This document shows positions 18,815-28,331 of a stretch of 64,000 bases of DNA, in pieces; position 1 is the first letter of the stretch, and every line of letters begins with the position of its first letter. The stretch lies in IMG/VR virus record IMGVR_UViG_3300005253_000193, positions 41,964 to 105,963 of that record. One strand, given 5' to 3'. The position numbers and the translations under genes were made by a program. The notes under the pieces are model-generated. The model did not search any database and was not told the origin of the DNA. It saw only the letters and a list, made by a program, of their open reading frames with translations. Source of the DNA: a virus.

Positions 18815-19452
18815 TGGATCCGCTGGCCCAGGTCTGCGCGTCGCTGTCGCGGCGGGCTTACGATGACAATCCGGATTTTGCTGGCCTTGGGTTTGATCTG
18901 CTTGCCACGTTCGATCGCTTTGGCACCCAGGCGTTCCTGATTACAGATGGTATCAAGGTGATCCTCGTCTTTCGAGGCACCGAACCCGACGAGCCAACGG
19001 ACCTGATTTCCGATGTATGCTACGTCAAGACCGACTTCCCCGGTGGTGGGCGGGTTCACTTGGGGTTTGAGCGGGCGTTCGAGCGCGTCTCAGAGGCCAT
19101 CGGGGCAAGCCTGCCGTCTATCCCCCTGATTATCGTTGGACACTCCCTGGGGGCCGCTTTGGCGCTTGAGGGGGCCGCTACGTGGAAGACCGAGGCGGTC
19201 TATCTGTACGGCTGCCCGAGAGTCGGCAACCGGGCCTTCGTCAAGCGCATCACCTGTCCGGTATTCCGCTTCGAGAATCACGCCGACCTCGTTACCCACA
19301 TCCCGCCGCCGACATCGTTTTTGCAGGTCGCATGGTCGCTGGCCCACTGGCGTCGACCAACCCTCTACCGCCATGCCGGGAAACGGATTCGCCTGTCCGG
19401 CCTGGGCCACCGCTCGGCCGCCTACGAGGCGGCGGCGATGGGAGCGGGCTGA
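18811..19452 (+). CDS. Lipase class 3 (alpha/beta hydrolase)
   Basis: VFRGTE, VHLGF, GHSLG nucleophile elbow, YGCPRVGN, DLVTHIPP. Confidence 0.88.
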   Translation: MMDPLAQVCASLSRRAYDDNPDFAGLGFDLLATFDRFGTQAFLITDGIKVILVFRGTEPDEPTDLISDVCYVKTDFPGGGRVHLGFERAFERVSEAIGASLPSIPLIIVGHSLGAALALEGAATWKTEAVYLYGCPRVGNRAFVKRITCPVFRFENHADLVTHIPPPTSFLQVAWSLAHWRRPTLYRHAGKRIRLSGLGHRSAAYEAAAMGAG

Positions 19453-19482
19453 CGCTCCTCAATCAAACACATCCACCCTTGA

Positions 19483-22293
19483 TCAGTAATCTTCCAGGAT
19501 TTCTATTGACGAGCCTTCCACGGTTTTAGTGACACGTATCACTTGCTGGAATCCTCCATAATCCAGGCTGTGATGCTCAACAACCCAAACTTGTCGCTTC
19601 AGTTCCTCGGCCCGTGATTGGAGAAGCTCAAGTAAGTCTTCTACCCCCTCCGGGTTGAGATGTTGAGTTGGTTCATCAAAGACCTCAATGTTGGACTTGA
19701 TTCCACTCTTTCCTAGAATGAGATTTGCAAGGCCCATGGTTCCCGCCAACCTCAATCTTTGTGACTCGCCGCCCGACCAGGCTTCCCAAGGAACGAGGTC
19801 TTCATTGTAGGGGGACTTGATAAAGACCGTGAAGCCCTTTGTTATGGAACCAGATTTTGTTTCCCGTTCTACATCAAACGCAATCTCCCAATTGTGAAGC
19901 CCAAGCTGCATCAGACTGTTGCTGACCTCGACTTCCAATTGGTTGAGAGCCTCTTCAATCATGAATAACCTGACTTCCTTGAAGCCCTTTATCCAATACT
20001 TGTTACACTCATGTTTGGTCAGGAGATCGTCCAAATGAAGTACGAGCAGTTCGAGTTCCTTTTCAAAACCAATGAGCTGTTCTTCTGCAGTCGCTATTAA
20101 ATCCTTGTGGGGGTTTTTTTCTTCCAAGACCTGGTCTAGATCCTCCTGCGCATCATCCACTTTTTCGGAGAGGTTGTTTAATTCATTTTCATATGTCCTT
20201 TTTTCAAGGATGAGTTCTCTTATTTTGTTATCGACCTTCATCCTGTCATTTTGAAGGTCCTTCTTTTCCTCCTTGAGTTCCTTCAGTTGTTTTTGGATGT
20301 GTTCCAAATCCTCGTTTTCATCAGATAGTTTATCCTTTAATTTATTACCTTCACTTTCAATCCTTTTCTTTTCGTCACGTAAATGCTTGGCGGAGACCTT
20401 CTGCCCACAATGGGGACAAGTGTTGCCGACTCCATCCAGTTTTTTCCATTCCTTTCTGCTTGCATCGATTTTGGTCTCTAGCCGGGTGATTTTTTGTTCC
20501 ACAAAACCCCTGCTTGTGTTTTCTTCATCAAGATTGTCCTGCACTTCTTTCACTGCGAGATCAAACTCGGCCAGATCATCCTCAACTGTTTTCATTTCCT
20601 TGTTATGGGAGCATCCTTTCCCTTTCTTTTCCTCGAGCTTGTTCTTGTGGTCCTTTAGAACGTTCTTCAATACTTTGACACGTTCCCTCTCAGTTTTTAA
20701 ATACCCTTCATTGCTATCATAATAATTTTCCAGATTGGTCTCGGTGAGGGTTATGTTTCCCTCCAAGGTTGCTATATCAGATTCGCAGGAACTTATCTTG
20801 CCAGCGATCTCGGTTGTCCACTGGGTTGCTTCCTGACTTTTGTCCAACCAAAAGTCAAGTTCAAACATGTCGGAAAACAAGGACAGTTTTTGAGCCGGTT
20901 TAAGATCAAAGAACATGGGGGAGAATTGTCCGGTAATGATAGAGTGTTGAAAGGATTCTGAATTGAGGCCAATCAAATCTTCCACAACTTGTTGGTCCAC
21001 GGTCTCACCGTCAAGCTCCAGATTATTTGGGTTCCATGTACGGATCAGTACGTGCTCCTCCCCTGACCTCTCAAAGAAGAGATGACCTGCACATCGTCCT
21101 TTAACACCCCAGGTGCAAACGTCCCCTGCCTTGAGATTGCGAAGGGTCTTTCCGTAGATGATCCAAAACAATCCATCCCAAATGGTACTTTTGCCGCTAT
21201 TATGAACAACGATTCCATTTGCCACAAAATTATGACAATCTTCAACTTCCATATCGTATACATCTTCATACCCATAAAACTCGACGCTGATAACTTTATG
21301 GTTTGTCTTTCTTATGACTACTCCAAAATCAGACAATCTATTGTAGACGGTCTGTGTGCTGCATTCACAAATTTTGGCTATTTCTTTTCCGGTTGCACCG
21401 GATTTGTAAATATTTTCAAGCCATGCTTTATTATTTATTTTTTTCCCCGATTTATTTCTTTTTGCGATCCCAGCATTTTTAATAGCAAGAACCCTTCTTT
21501 GCCTATCTTCTTTCCATTGATATTTTATTGTGCTACTGATTTTAGCTTTTGTGGTAGAGCTGTGTTTCTTTCCCTTCATCCCTTTTGGATGTATGTTCCA
21601 CATGAAATTTTCTTTTTCATGATTCTTATAAGCATGAAGGCTTTGATGCTCCACAGAGGATAAACCCTCCAAATTTTCTATTGAATTGTCCCATTTTTTA
21701 TGATTTTTGTGGTGATGAACATCGTATTGACCACAAACCAGTTCACCAATGAATTTATGTTCATATTTTGATTTACACTTAGAATCGTTCAGAACTAAAT
21801 GGACATATCCATCATATGTTTTTCTATACAAAGATCGTAAGCTATCACCTCTCTTTAATTCCCCCAATTTACAGTATGATCCGTCGGTCTTTAGAATTGG
21901 ATGGTCATAAGTTCCTATAATGTAATCATATGAATGAAAATGCTTATAATCTTTGCCCTCATATGACAGTTTGTAAACTGGCTTTCTTATTCCTGTCTTG
22001 CGAACGTCCTTTGCCCTTTTCAAAGTAAAACAATTATTTATTTTGTCATAACAGAAAACGTGAAATGTTTTCCCAATAAGCTCGCGGATTGGGATTCCTC
22101 TAGTTGAACCAGACAAATCTCTTGGAACATCTACTTCGGTTGATCCAATTAGACATCCATTGGCTCCGAGAGAGGGTTCGGCTTTGTTATCCCCGATGAG
22201 GAAATACAGCCCTGGTGCCTGGTCAGGAAACTCGAGTGTATGCTTACCCCTAAAGGACTTGAAGTTCTCAAGAACTAGTTTTTGCATCTTCAT
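19483..22293 (-). CDS. SbcC/Rad50/gp46-like ATPase with intein
   Basis: LENFKSF; split Walker A (GANG|SGKST); coiled coil with CPHC hook; SGGE signature; FDEP; EHH. Confidence 0.92.
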   Translation of the reverse strand: MKMQKLVLENFKSFRGKHTLEFPDQAPGLYFLIGDNKAEPSLGANGCLIGSTEVDVPRDLSGSTRGIPIRELIGKTFHVFCYDKINNCFTLKRAKDVRKTGIRKPVYKLSYEGKDYKHFHSYDYIIGTYDHPILKTDGSYCKLGELKRGDSLRSLYRKTYDGYVHLVLNDSKCKSKYEHKFIGELVCGQYDVHHHKNHKKWDNSIENLEGLSSVEHQSLHAYKNHEKENFMWNIHPKGMKGKKHSSTTKAKISSTIKYQWKEDRQRRVLAIKNAGIAKRNKSGKKINNKAWLENIYKSGATGKEIAKICECSTQTVYNRLSDFGVVIRKTNHKVISVEFYGYEDVYDMEVEDCHNFVANGIVVHNSGKSTIWDGLFWIIYGKTLRNLKAGDVCTWGVKGRCAGHLFFERSGEEHVLIRTWNPNNLELDGETVDQQVVEDLIGLNSESFQHSIITGQFSPMFFDLKPAQKLSLFSDMFELDFWLDKSQEATQWTTEIAGKISSCESDIATLEGNITLTETNLENYYDSNEGYLKTERERVKVLKNVLKDHKNKLEEKKGKGCSHNKEMKTVEDDLAEFDLAVKEVQDNLDEENTSRGFVEQKITRLETKIDASRKEWKKLDGVGNTCPHCGQKVSAKHLRDEKKRIESEGNKLKDKLSDENEDLEHIQKQLKELKEEKKDLQNDRMKVDNKIRELILEKRTYENELNNLSEKVDDAQEDLDQVLEEKNPHKDLIATAEEQLIGFEKELELLVLHLDDLLTKHECNKYWIKGFKEVRLFMIEEALNQLEVEVSNSLMQLGLHNWEIAFDVERETKSGSITKGFTVFIKSPYNEDLVPWEAWSGGESQRLRLAGTMGLANLILGKSGIKSNIEVFDEPTQHLNPEGVEDLLELLQSRAEELKRQVWVVEHHSLDYGGFQQVIRVTKTVEGSSIEILEDY
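21199..22155 (-). mobile_element. Intein (319 aa) with HNH homing endonuclease, NUMOD3-like and HTH segments
   Basis: Starts CLIGST; block B T.DHP; ends VYDMEVEDCHNFVANGIVVHN/S; VHHHKNHKKWDNSIENL HNH; AT-rich. Confidence 0.92.
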
Positions 22294-22444
22294 TTGCTAA
22301 TTCCTCGAAGTTGGTCCACTTGTAATACTCATGATCACATTCAGGACATCTTGTATCTGGACCCCGTGGTTTCTCACGCCATTCGTGTCCACAGCCCAAG
22401 CATTTATAAGCCACGATGGTTAGTTCGGTTATTTTAGGGGCCAT
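22268..22444 (-). CDS. Small zinc-ribbon protein
   Basis: CLGC...CPEC. Confidence 0.55.
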   Translation of the reverse strand: MAPKITELTIVAYKCLGCGHEWREKPRGPDTRCPECDHEYYKWTNFEELANEDAKTSS

Positions 22445-22487
22445 GGTACTAGGGTTAATGGGTGAGTCGCGCGTGTCGGGGCTGATA

Positions 22488-23510
22488 TCAGCCCCCAGGA
22501 CCACCCCCCAACAACCTCAATCCAGCCTTGAGCACATCTGACCCCACCTCCTCGCGTTCACAGTAGGCTTTTAGGATATCGACTGGGTCCGAAATAACCA
22601 TATCCCTGTCGGACTTTTTGGGTTCACCTTTGGCTTTTAATTTGTTGCGGACCATCTCTTCAAGTTCCACTGTGTAGAGATCCAATCCCATTTCGGAGCA
22701 GATCTCCTCCACTCTACGTTTTAGGGATCTCCATTCAACAAAGGAGGACCTTGGGAGCAGCATCCGAACTTTGACCTGGTCTCCCTCAACAAGTTGCTTC
22801 ATGTCCCACAACTTTTCTGGATCTTTGATGCTGACCGTATGCTTCTTGATTGTGGGGAAATGGATATCATGGGTTTCGCCGTATTCATCAATGTGGATGA
22901 CCCTTGGTTCAAAATTATCCCCGAAGCGGATTTGATAGGGTGAGCCAACATATTCTATCTTTCCAATTTTTTGTGGTACGTGAATATCACCGCTGTATAT
23001 TTTGGACTTAACGCCTTTGAATATATCCTCTGATGTTCCCTCTAACTGCTTGCCATTGGAAGCAATTGCCCCAGAAATGGTTTGGTGGAGGAAAACATAT
23101 TCAACATTCTCAAAGTCCAAGTCTTTCCAGTCCTCCTCCGGACAAGATGTGTGGGGGAGAAACCATCCCAACTCTTCATATTCAAGGTCGTGAAATTCTG
23201 GCTTGTTGATGAATCGAACTCTTGGCACACTACTCACAAAACGGAAAAAGGGATTGTCCTGGTCGACATAGTCGTGATTGCCTTTGAGTAAAAAGAGATT
23301 GATCTCCTTATCGGTTAGGCTACAAATCTCCCGCATGATACGATTAACCAGATAACTCGAGTGCTTGTCTTTTTCGTCTGTGAGATCCCCAAGAAGAATG
23401 ATTGTGGATGCGTTGAGTTTATCACATTGTTTTAGCAGCCAGGGAAAAAGCTCAAAGCGATAGTCATCTCGTGCCCTGCTGGATAAGTGAAGGTCACCTG
23501 TGATCAACAT
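22488..23510 (-). CDS. SbcD/Mre11/gp47-like metallophosphoesterase nuclease
   Basis: GDLH, LGDL, GNHD, HQ, SGDIH..Q, YVGSPYQ. Confidence 0.9.
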   Translation of the reverse strand: MLITGDLHLSSRARDDYRFELFPWLLKQCDKLNASTIILLGDLTDEKDKHSSYLVNRIMREICSLTDKEINLFLLKGNHDYVDQDNPFFRFVSSVPRVRFINKPEFHDLEYEELGWFLPHTSCPEEDWKDLDFENVEYVFLHQTISGAIASNGKQLEGTSEDIFKGVKSKIYSGDIHVPQKIGKIEYVGSPYQIRFGDNFEPRVIHIDEYGETHDIHFPTIKKHTVSIKDPEKLWDMKQLVEGDQVKVRMLLPRSSFVEWRSLKRRVEEICSEMGLDLYTVELEEMVRNKLKAKGEPKKSDRDMVISDPVDILKAYCEREEVGSDVLKAGLRLLGGGPGG

Positions 23511-23693
23511 ACTTTTTCCAATCACCAGATTTGAGTAATATGTAAAAGAAGTAAGGATACAATAGTACGAACACCAACACTGTGACATAAGAAACGATCT
23601 TGCCACGTTTTTTAAGAAGCTTGATACTCATACGGGGAACACCAAACCAAGCAAGAACGATTCCGATGGTTAGATATATAAGAATGCCGGTTC

Positions 23694-24272
23694 TCACTTC
23701 AATAACTTCCTTCTAGTCCTTTTTGTAGTATAGTCAGAACAGTCGACGTGCCTTGCTTTCTCCAGGAACTCATCCCAAATGTAGATAAACAAATCCCACT
23801 CTGGGAAATAGGCCATCAGAATATCGTCAATATGTGAGTCGTGGTTATCGTTCTCATAAATTTCGGAACCTCTGGTATCAAGACAGAGTATGGTTGGCAT
23901 GAAGTTTTGCTTGGCAACCATGAAGGGGACCTTTCCATGAGCTTTGGCTTCTTTTTTGGCCTTCCACCAGAAAGATACAATCCCGGTTTTGCCCCCAAAG
24001 AATAGTTTGTGAAGTTCCAGATCCTTGTAGAACTTGCATTCCACAACAAAGGTTCCAATAAACAGATGACCAAGGACATCGATAGCACTAACATCACCCG
24101 CCTGGGAGGATGCCAGCTTATCCTTTTTGAGGGATAACGTGGCCCTGCCTCCTGACATGGCAGAGCGCCAAAACAGATCATCTCTTTCACCATCACTGAT
24201 CCAAAGGGAGAGTTCTTTGCAGGTCTTTCTTTCAAATTCTCCACCTTTTGGATTACCCCCTCCTTTTCTCAT
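23694..24272 (-). CDS. Holliday junction resolvase-like PD-(D/E)XK nuclease
   Basis: KGGEFER, SGG, GD, VECK. Confidence 0.75.
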   Translation of the reverse strand: MRKGGGNPKGGEFERKTCKELSLWISDGERDDLFWRSAMSGGRATLSLKKDKLASSQAGDVSAIDVLGHLFIGTFVVECKFYKDLELHKLFFGGKTGIVSFWWKAKKEAKAHGKVPFMVAKQNFMPTILCLDTRGSEIYENDNHDSHIDDILMAYFPEWDLFIYIWDEFLEKARHVDCSDYTTKRTRRKLLK

Positions 24273-24574
24273 TTAAGTGTCCCCCGTTTTTGTCTAAGCC
24301 TGGGCCTTACTTTCTTTCTCTTAAACTTCTTGAGCTCGGCTTTTTCCAGGAGTATCCAGTCCCCAATGTTGGACGAAAGTCTGCTTCTAACCCATCTATA
24401 TTTGGGGGTAAATCTCTTTCCCCCATAGTATTTCATGATGATGTAGTGTTTCCTTGAGTAGCCCCTATTTTCTTGCATTGCTTGGTGAGCAAAGCTGAAA
24501 GGACCTTTTACGATTTTAAACTCGTCGTCTTCCCACAGCCCTATATAGAACTGTTTTTTGTCGGCGTCGTTCAT
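24269..24574 (-). CDS. Hypothetical protein with a basic C-terminal tail
   Basis: ATGA-coupled to its neighbours. Confidence 0.5.
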   Translation of the reverse strand: MNDADKKQFYIGLWEDDEFKIVKGPFSFAHQAMQENRGYSRKHYIIMKYYGGKRFTPKYRWVRSRLSSNIGDWILLEKAELKKFKRKKVRPRLRQKRGTLK

Positions 24575-24692
24575 ATCAGAGAGAATCCAATCGAATCCAA
24601 TCGGATTGCTAAAATCAAGAACATCACTGCTGCAATTGCTATAACAATGACGAGAGGATTTCTTGCCACCCACATACGAAAATATGGTTCCT

Positions 24693-25280
24693 TCATGATA
24701 GAGAAAGCTCCTTGGCTCGGGCCTTGAATTTTCTTTTGGCCTGATGTGGGGTCAGAAGCTGGAGGCCTTTTGCAATTGGCTTCTCCACGAAGCTCGGATG
24801 CATCACAGACGATCCCCATTCATCTCGGGGGTCTTGCATGGGTTTCATTAATTGGTTTTTTTCCACATGCAGCATATAGGTGTCAAGTTCTTTTACCCTT
24901 CCGGGAATTGTGGGGGGAAGATAAAAGTGCTTCGCTATCCGTAGAAGCAGTTCCTTTTCCAACTTCACAAACCATTCAAACTCGGGCAGCCTTTTGAGTG
25001 GTGTTTGTAAATCAGGAAGATATGCTTCGGATGCGTCATGAAGTAGACCCCATTCCCTACAATTATTGGGGCAAAGATCGCTAATGTGTATGGAATGTTC
25101 AGCTATCGAATAAAAACTTTGGCAATGGCCATTGAAACGACATTTCATTGACAGGACGTGAGCAATTTCTTCGATTGTGATTATGAGGCTGTCCAAATCC
25201 AAGAGGTCTAGTTTTCTTCCCTCGTAGGTTTGGATCCATTCTTTAGTATTTCCTTTTGGTTGGCAGGAATCCAATTTCAA
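24693..25280 (-). CDS. HD-domain 5'-deoxynucleotidase (YfdR/YfbR-like)
   Basis: IAHVLS..CRFNGH..FYSIAEHS, LLHDASEAY. Confidence 0.85.
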   Translation of the reverse strand: MKLDSCQPKGNTKEWIQTYEGRKLDLLDLDSLIITIEEIAHVLSMKCRFNGHCQSFYSIAEHSIHISDLCPNNCREWGLLHDASEAYLPDLQTPLKRLPEFEWFVKLEKELLLRIAKHFYLPPTIPGRVKELDTYMLHVEKNQLMKPMQDPRDEWGSSVMHPSFVEKPIAKGLQLLTPHQAKRKFKARAKELSLS

Positions 25281-26259
25281 TCTCCTTCCATGCGTCTTGC
25301 ACTAAGGATGCAATATCAGATAGAAGCTCCTTGTATTCCTCATCGGGAAGGTCCCAAGCATCCGTGCAAATTTTCACAATATCCTTGTCGTCCAAACCGA
25401 TCTCATCCAATTTCTTGACTGTCTTCAGCCACTCTAGATTTGCTTTGAGATCGTCTATTCCATAACCAAACAGGATGGGGAACTCACATTCCCTAAAAGG
25501 CAATCCGATCTTGCACTTGTCACACTTGGCCTTGATATTAATGCCTATGGGCCGCTCTACGCCCTTACGTGTACGCTTGAGCGTTTTGATGTGGGAGAGG
25601 TACACGACTTGGCTGGCGTAGAAGTCAAGGGCCTTGCCGCCGCTGCGTGCCGTTTTCCGCCCAAAGGACACTCCTATCCTGTCCCTCACCTGGGAAATAA
25701 TCATAACGTGTAATTTTTTGCTTTCAATGTTCTTGATCTGACGTCGGAATAACTCTGACAACTTCTTGGCCTTAGCAGCGCCATAAGATCCTTCTCTTAC
25801 ATCACGATCAAGTTCGGCCTGGTCCGACAATGCGTCGAGAGAATCAAGAATGTAAAAGGCCGGGGCATCAGTGTTGAGTTTTTGAAAGATCTCTTCCAGG
25901 TGGTCACATAAATCCTCGACGGTGTAACAGTCACTTACGAATGTTACTTTGTCAATGGGCATACCCAAGGCGGCAGCATAATCTTCATCAAATGCAGCCT
26001 CCGCTTCGTTGAACCAAATACCTCCGTTGTCCGGGAACTGATGAGCAAAATTGGAGACGGCTTCGATTCCGAGCAGGGTTTTTCCGGTCGACTTGTCACC
26101 GACGACATTTGAGATCCTGCCAAGAGGCCAGCCGCCCCCAATTATGCAGTTTAGAAGTGTACTTCCGCTGTGGACAAACTCAACATTGGGAGAGGGATTT
26201 GAGAAATAGAGTCCGCTCTTACCGGCGCCTCTTTTCAGTTTTCCTCTTTTTGCCATCAT
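25243..26259 (-). CDS. recA: RecA/UvsX-like recombinase
   Basis: GGGWP.GRI, Walker A GDKSTGKT, LDSL, ISQVR, GGKALDFYAS; start at MMAK after GGGAGAGG. Confidence 0.9.
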   Translation of the reverse strand: MMAKRGKLKRGAGKSGLYFSNPSPNVEFVHSGSTLLNCIIGGGWPLGRISNVVGDKSTGKTLLGIEAVSNFAHQFPDNGGIWFNEAEAAFDEDYAAALGMPIDKVTFVSDCYTVEDLCDHLEEIFQKLNTDAPAFYILDSLDALSDQAELDRDVREGSYGAAKAKKLSELFRRQIKNIESKKLHVMIISQVRDRIGVSFGRKTARSGGKALDFYASQVVYLSHIKTLKRTRKGVERPIGINIKAKCDKCKIGLPFRECEFPILFGYGIDDLKANLEWLKTVKKLDEIGLDDKDIVKICTDAWDLPDEEYKELLSDIASLVQDAWKEIEIGFLPTKRKY

Positions 26260-26338
26260 CCCTCTCCCATTTGTCGTAAGGGATATTATCCCCGTTGAGT
26301 GTTTCGTCCAGGGATTCAGCGTCCTGACGCTGTGGCCT

Positions 26339-27673
26339 TCATTTGCGTGACCGGCGACCCTTGAGTCCTTGAAGTTTCTTGTTGACCCGGCTTCTGCGGT
26401 TCTCGTCCGGATCCTCCTCGGGCTCCTCCTCATCCCGACGACTCCGACCTCGACGAGGTTTCTCAACATCGTCCTCGTCGTCATCCTTCAGACGACTGCG
26501 GCGACGAGGTTTCTCATCCTCGTCCTCATCCCTCCCACGGCGGCTGGAGCGCCGCCTGGGCTTTTCCTCAGGCTCGGGCTCCTCCTCTGGCTCGGGTTCA
26601 TCTTCCTGAAGACCAAGGTCCTCGATGATTTTCTCGCACAGCTTCTCCATGCCACGTCTGGTGTCAGGAAACTTGGAAAGGTCGAGGTCGATACCTTCCC
26701 TGTTCACGGTGTCCTCGAGGGCGTCATAGTCCATTTCCCCAATCTCTTTCGCCGTATAGGGATCGTCCTTGGGCTCAGGCTCAGGCTTGGGCCAGGGACC
26801 GGGCTCAGGCTCTTCCTCGGGCTCCTCATCCCGACGACTCCGTCCCCGGCGACGAGGTTTCTCATCCTCATCCTCAGCCTCGTCCCGGCGACCCCGACCA
26901 GGCTTTTCATCCTCGTCCTCTGATTCCTCCTCGGAAGACGAATCGCTGGTGCCCATGTGAACCGACGAAATGTGTTCGTAGTCAAAGTAGTTCAGACAGT
27001 CGGGGATGGGATGATCGACGACGAAGTCAACCCACTCGTCGAGCAGATCTTCGTCATCGCAAAGATCCGACGGCTCGCGGGCGATGTCGACCTGAGAGTA
27101 TTTTGTCTTGAGACCGGACCCCGCCTTGTGAAACTCAACGTCGTATCCTTCGTAGGGGTTGTCGATCTGGAGGATTTTGCCGGTTCTCTTGTGGGTCATG
27201 CGACCGGCGATTTCCTTGTTGATGGTCCAAGGCATGGCCCAAAGCAGGGGACCTTTATCTTCCGCCTTGCGGTCGATGACCCACATGACGCACTTCTTGG
27301 TTGGTGAGTACTTCTTGGCCAGTTTGCCCTCACCCTCCTCCTCGGCGCGGCGGCGATCTTCGGCGATGGGATCCTTCTCACCCAGCATCTTGTCCAGGGA
27401 CAGATATGCTTGCTTGTCAGCGCCGATGCCATAGTGGATGAAAATGTTGAAGCCAAAGTGATCGGCGTCGTCCCAGGTGGGAGGAAGGATGCGGATGTCA
27501 TTATCCCCCTCGTGGGGGACAAACGTGTCGACACCATCCACGAAGATGCTGTCAAAGACGCCGCCCTTTTGGGTAGCCTGCTTCCGAACCTCCTCCTTGG
27601 TACGAGGCCGGTACTTGAATTTGGGCCGGTCGCCGGAATCCCGGCTTCGGCCTCTACTCGGTTTTCTCGCCAT
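26339..27673 (-). CDS. Single-stranded DNA-binding protein (gp32-like) with a long mixed-charge tail
   Basis: IRILPP, HY.IG, EGYD...K.G.G..TKY; about 200-aa D/E/R/P tail. Confidence 0.75.
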   Translation of the reverse strand: MARKPSRGRSRDSGDRPKFKYRPRTKEEVRKQATQKGGVFDSIFVDGVDTFVPHEGDNDIRILPPTWDDADHFGFNIFIHYGIGADKQAYLSLDKMLGEKDPIAEDRRRAEEEGEGKLAKKYSPTKKCVMWVIDRKAEDKGPLLWAMPWTINKEIAGRMTHKRTGKILQIDNPYEGYDVEFHKAGSGLKTKYSQVDIAREPSDLCDDEDLLDEWVDFVVDHPIPDCLNYFDYEHISSVHMGTSDSSSEEESEDEDEKPGRGRRDEAEDEDEKPRRRGRSRRDEEPEEEPEPGPWPKPEPEPKDDPYTAKEIGEMDYDALEDTVNREGIDLDLSKFPDTRRGMEKLCEKIIEDLGLQEDEPEPEEEPEPEEKPRRRSSRRGRDEDEDEKPRRRSRLKDDDEDDVEKPRRGRSRRDEEEPEEDPDENRRSRVNKKLQGLKGRRSRK

Positions 27674-27814
27674 TTTCGTGTCCTTTCCTGTACTGGTTTA
27701 GAAACTCCGTTTTAGCTTTGAAGTAGGCTGTGGAAACAGCCCTTGCCACAAGGTAAGCAACGGGAATGCAGATTACAATCAAGATAATTGCGGTCACCCA
27801 ATTTGTGATATTAC

Positions 27815-28318
27815 TCATTTATTCCTCCTCCTTTTCAGAGGAGGTCTTTTCTTCCTTTCCTCAGTTGCTACACGTATGTTGCGTTGGGCTACTCGTTCTC
27901 CGGCTTCACCTCTTGATACAGACTCGGTTGCAAAGTAATTGGCCATAAATAGATTGACCATTTCCCGAAGCATGTAGGCCCTTTGGGAAAACGCATCCCT
28001 CAGAGCCCCCAACTCATCGGCTTTGCGTTTTGTTTCAAGGTAAGCCTGCATATCGGCCCCGTGATCTTTGTGAGCTTGTACTTCGGCGGCAACCAAGTCC
28101 ATAGTAGCTTTCGTGCCCTCTTTTTCCAACGCATTACGAACCTCGAAGTTAAGGCTTGCGTCCGTGACAGCCAAATCCTCCTTGGCTCCATCCCTTTCGG
28201 ATATAGCCAAAGCGTGAGCTTGCCCGACCCTAAAGAAAAGCTCAGGCTGTCTGATTAGTTCCGTGTCCAGGTCGTTCGGATTAATCTGGAGCATGTCTCC
28301 AAATTCCTTAATGTCCAT
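27815..28318 (-). CDS. UvsY-like recombination mediator
   Basis: L.IN...LD.EL..QP helical bundle, AF.QR..ML; adjacent to SSB and RecA. Confidence 0.6.
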   Translation of the reverse strand: MDIKEFGDMLQINPNDLDTELIRQPELFFRVGQAHALAISERDGAKEDLAVTDASLNFEVRNALEKEGTKATMDLVAAEVQAHKDHGADMQAYLETKRKADELGALRDAFSQRAYMLREMVNLFMANYFATESVSRGEAGERVAQRNIRVATEERKKRPPLKRRRNK

Positions 28319-28331
28319 TTTTATCGCTCCT

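Noticed and set aside
26278-26335. Hammerhead ribozyme between SSB and recA (hairpins plus CGAAAC on the - strand)
   Set aside because: The required CUGANGA core is absent (CUGAAUC) and stems I/III cannot be formed.
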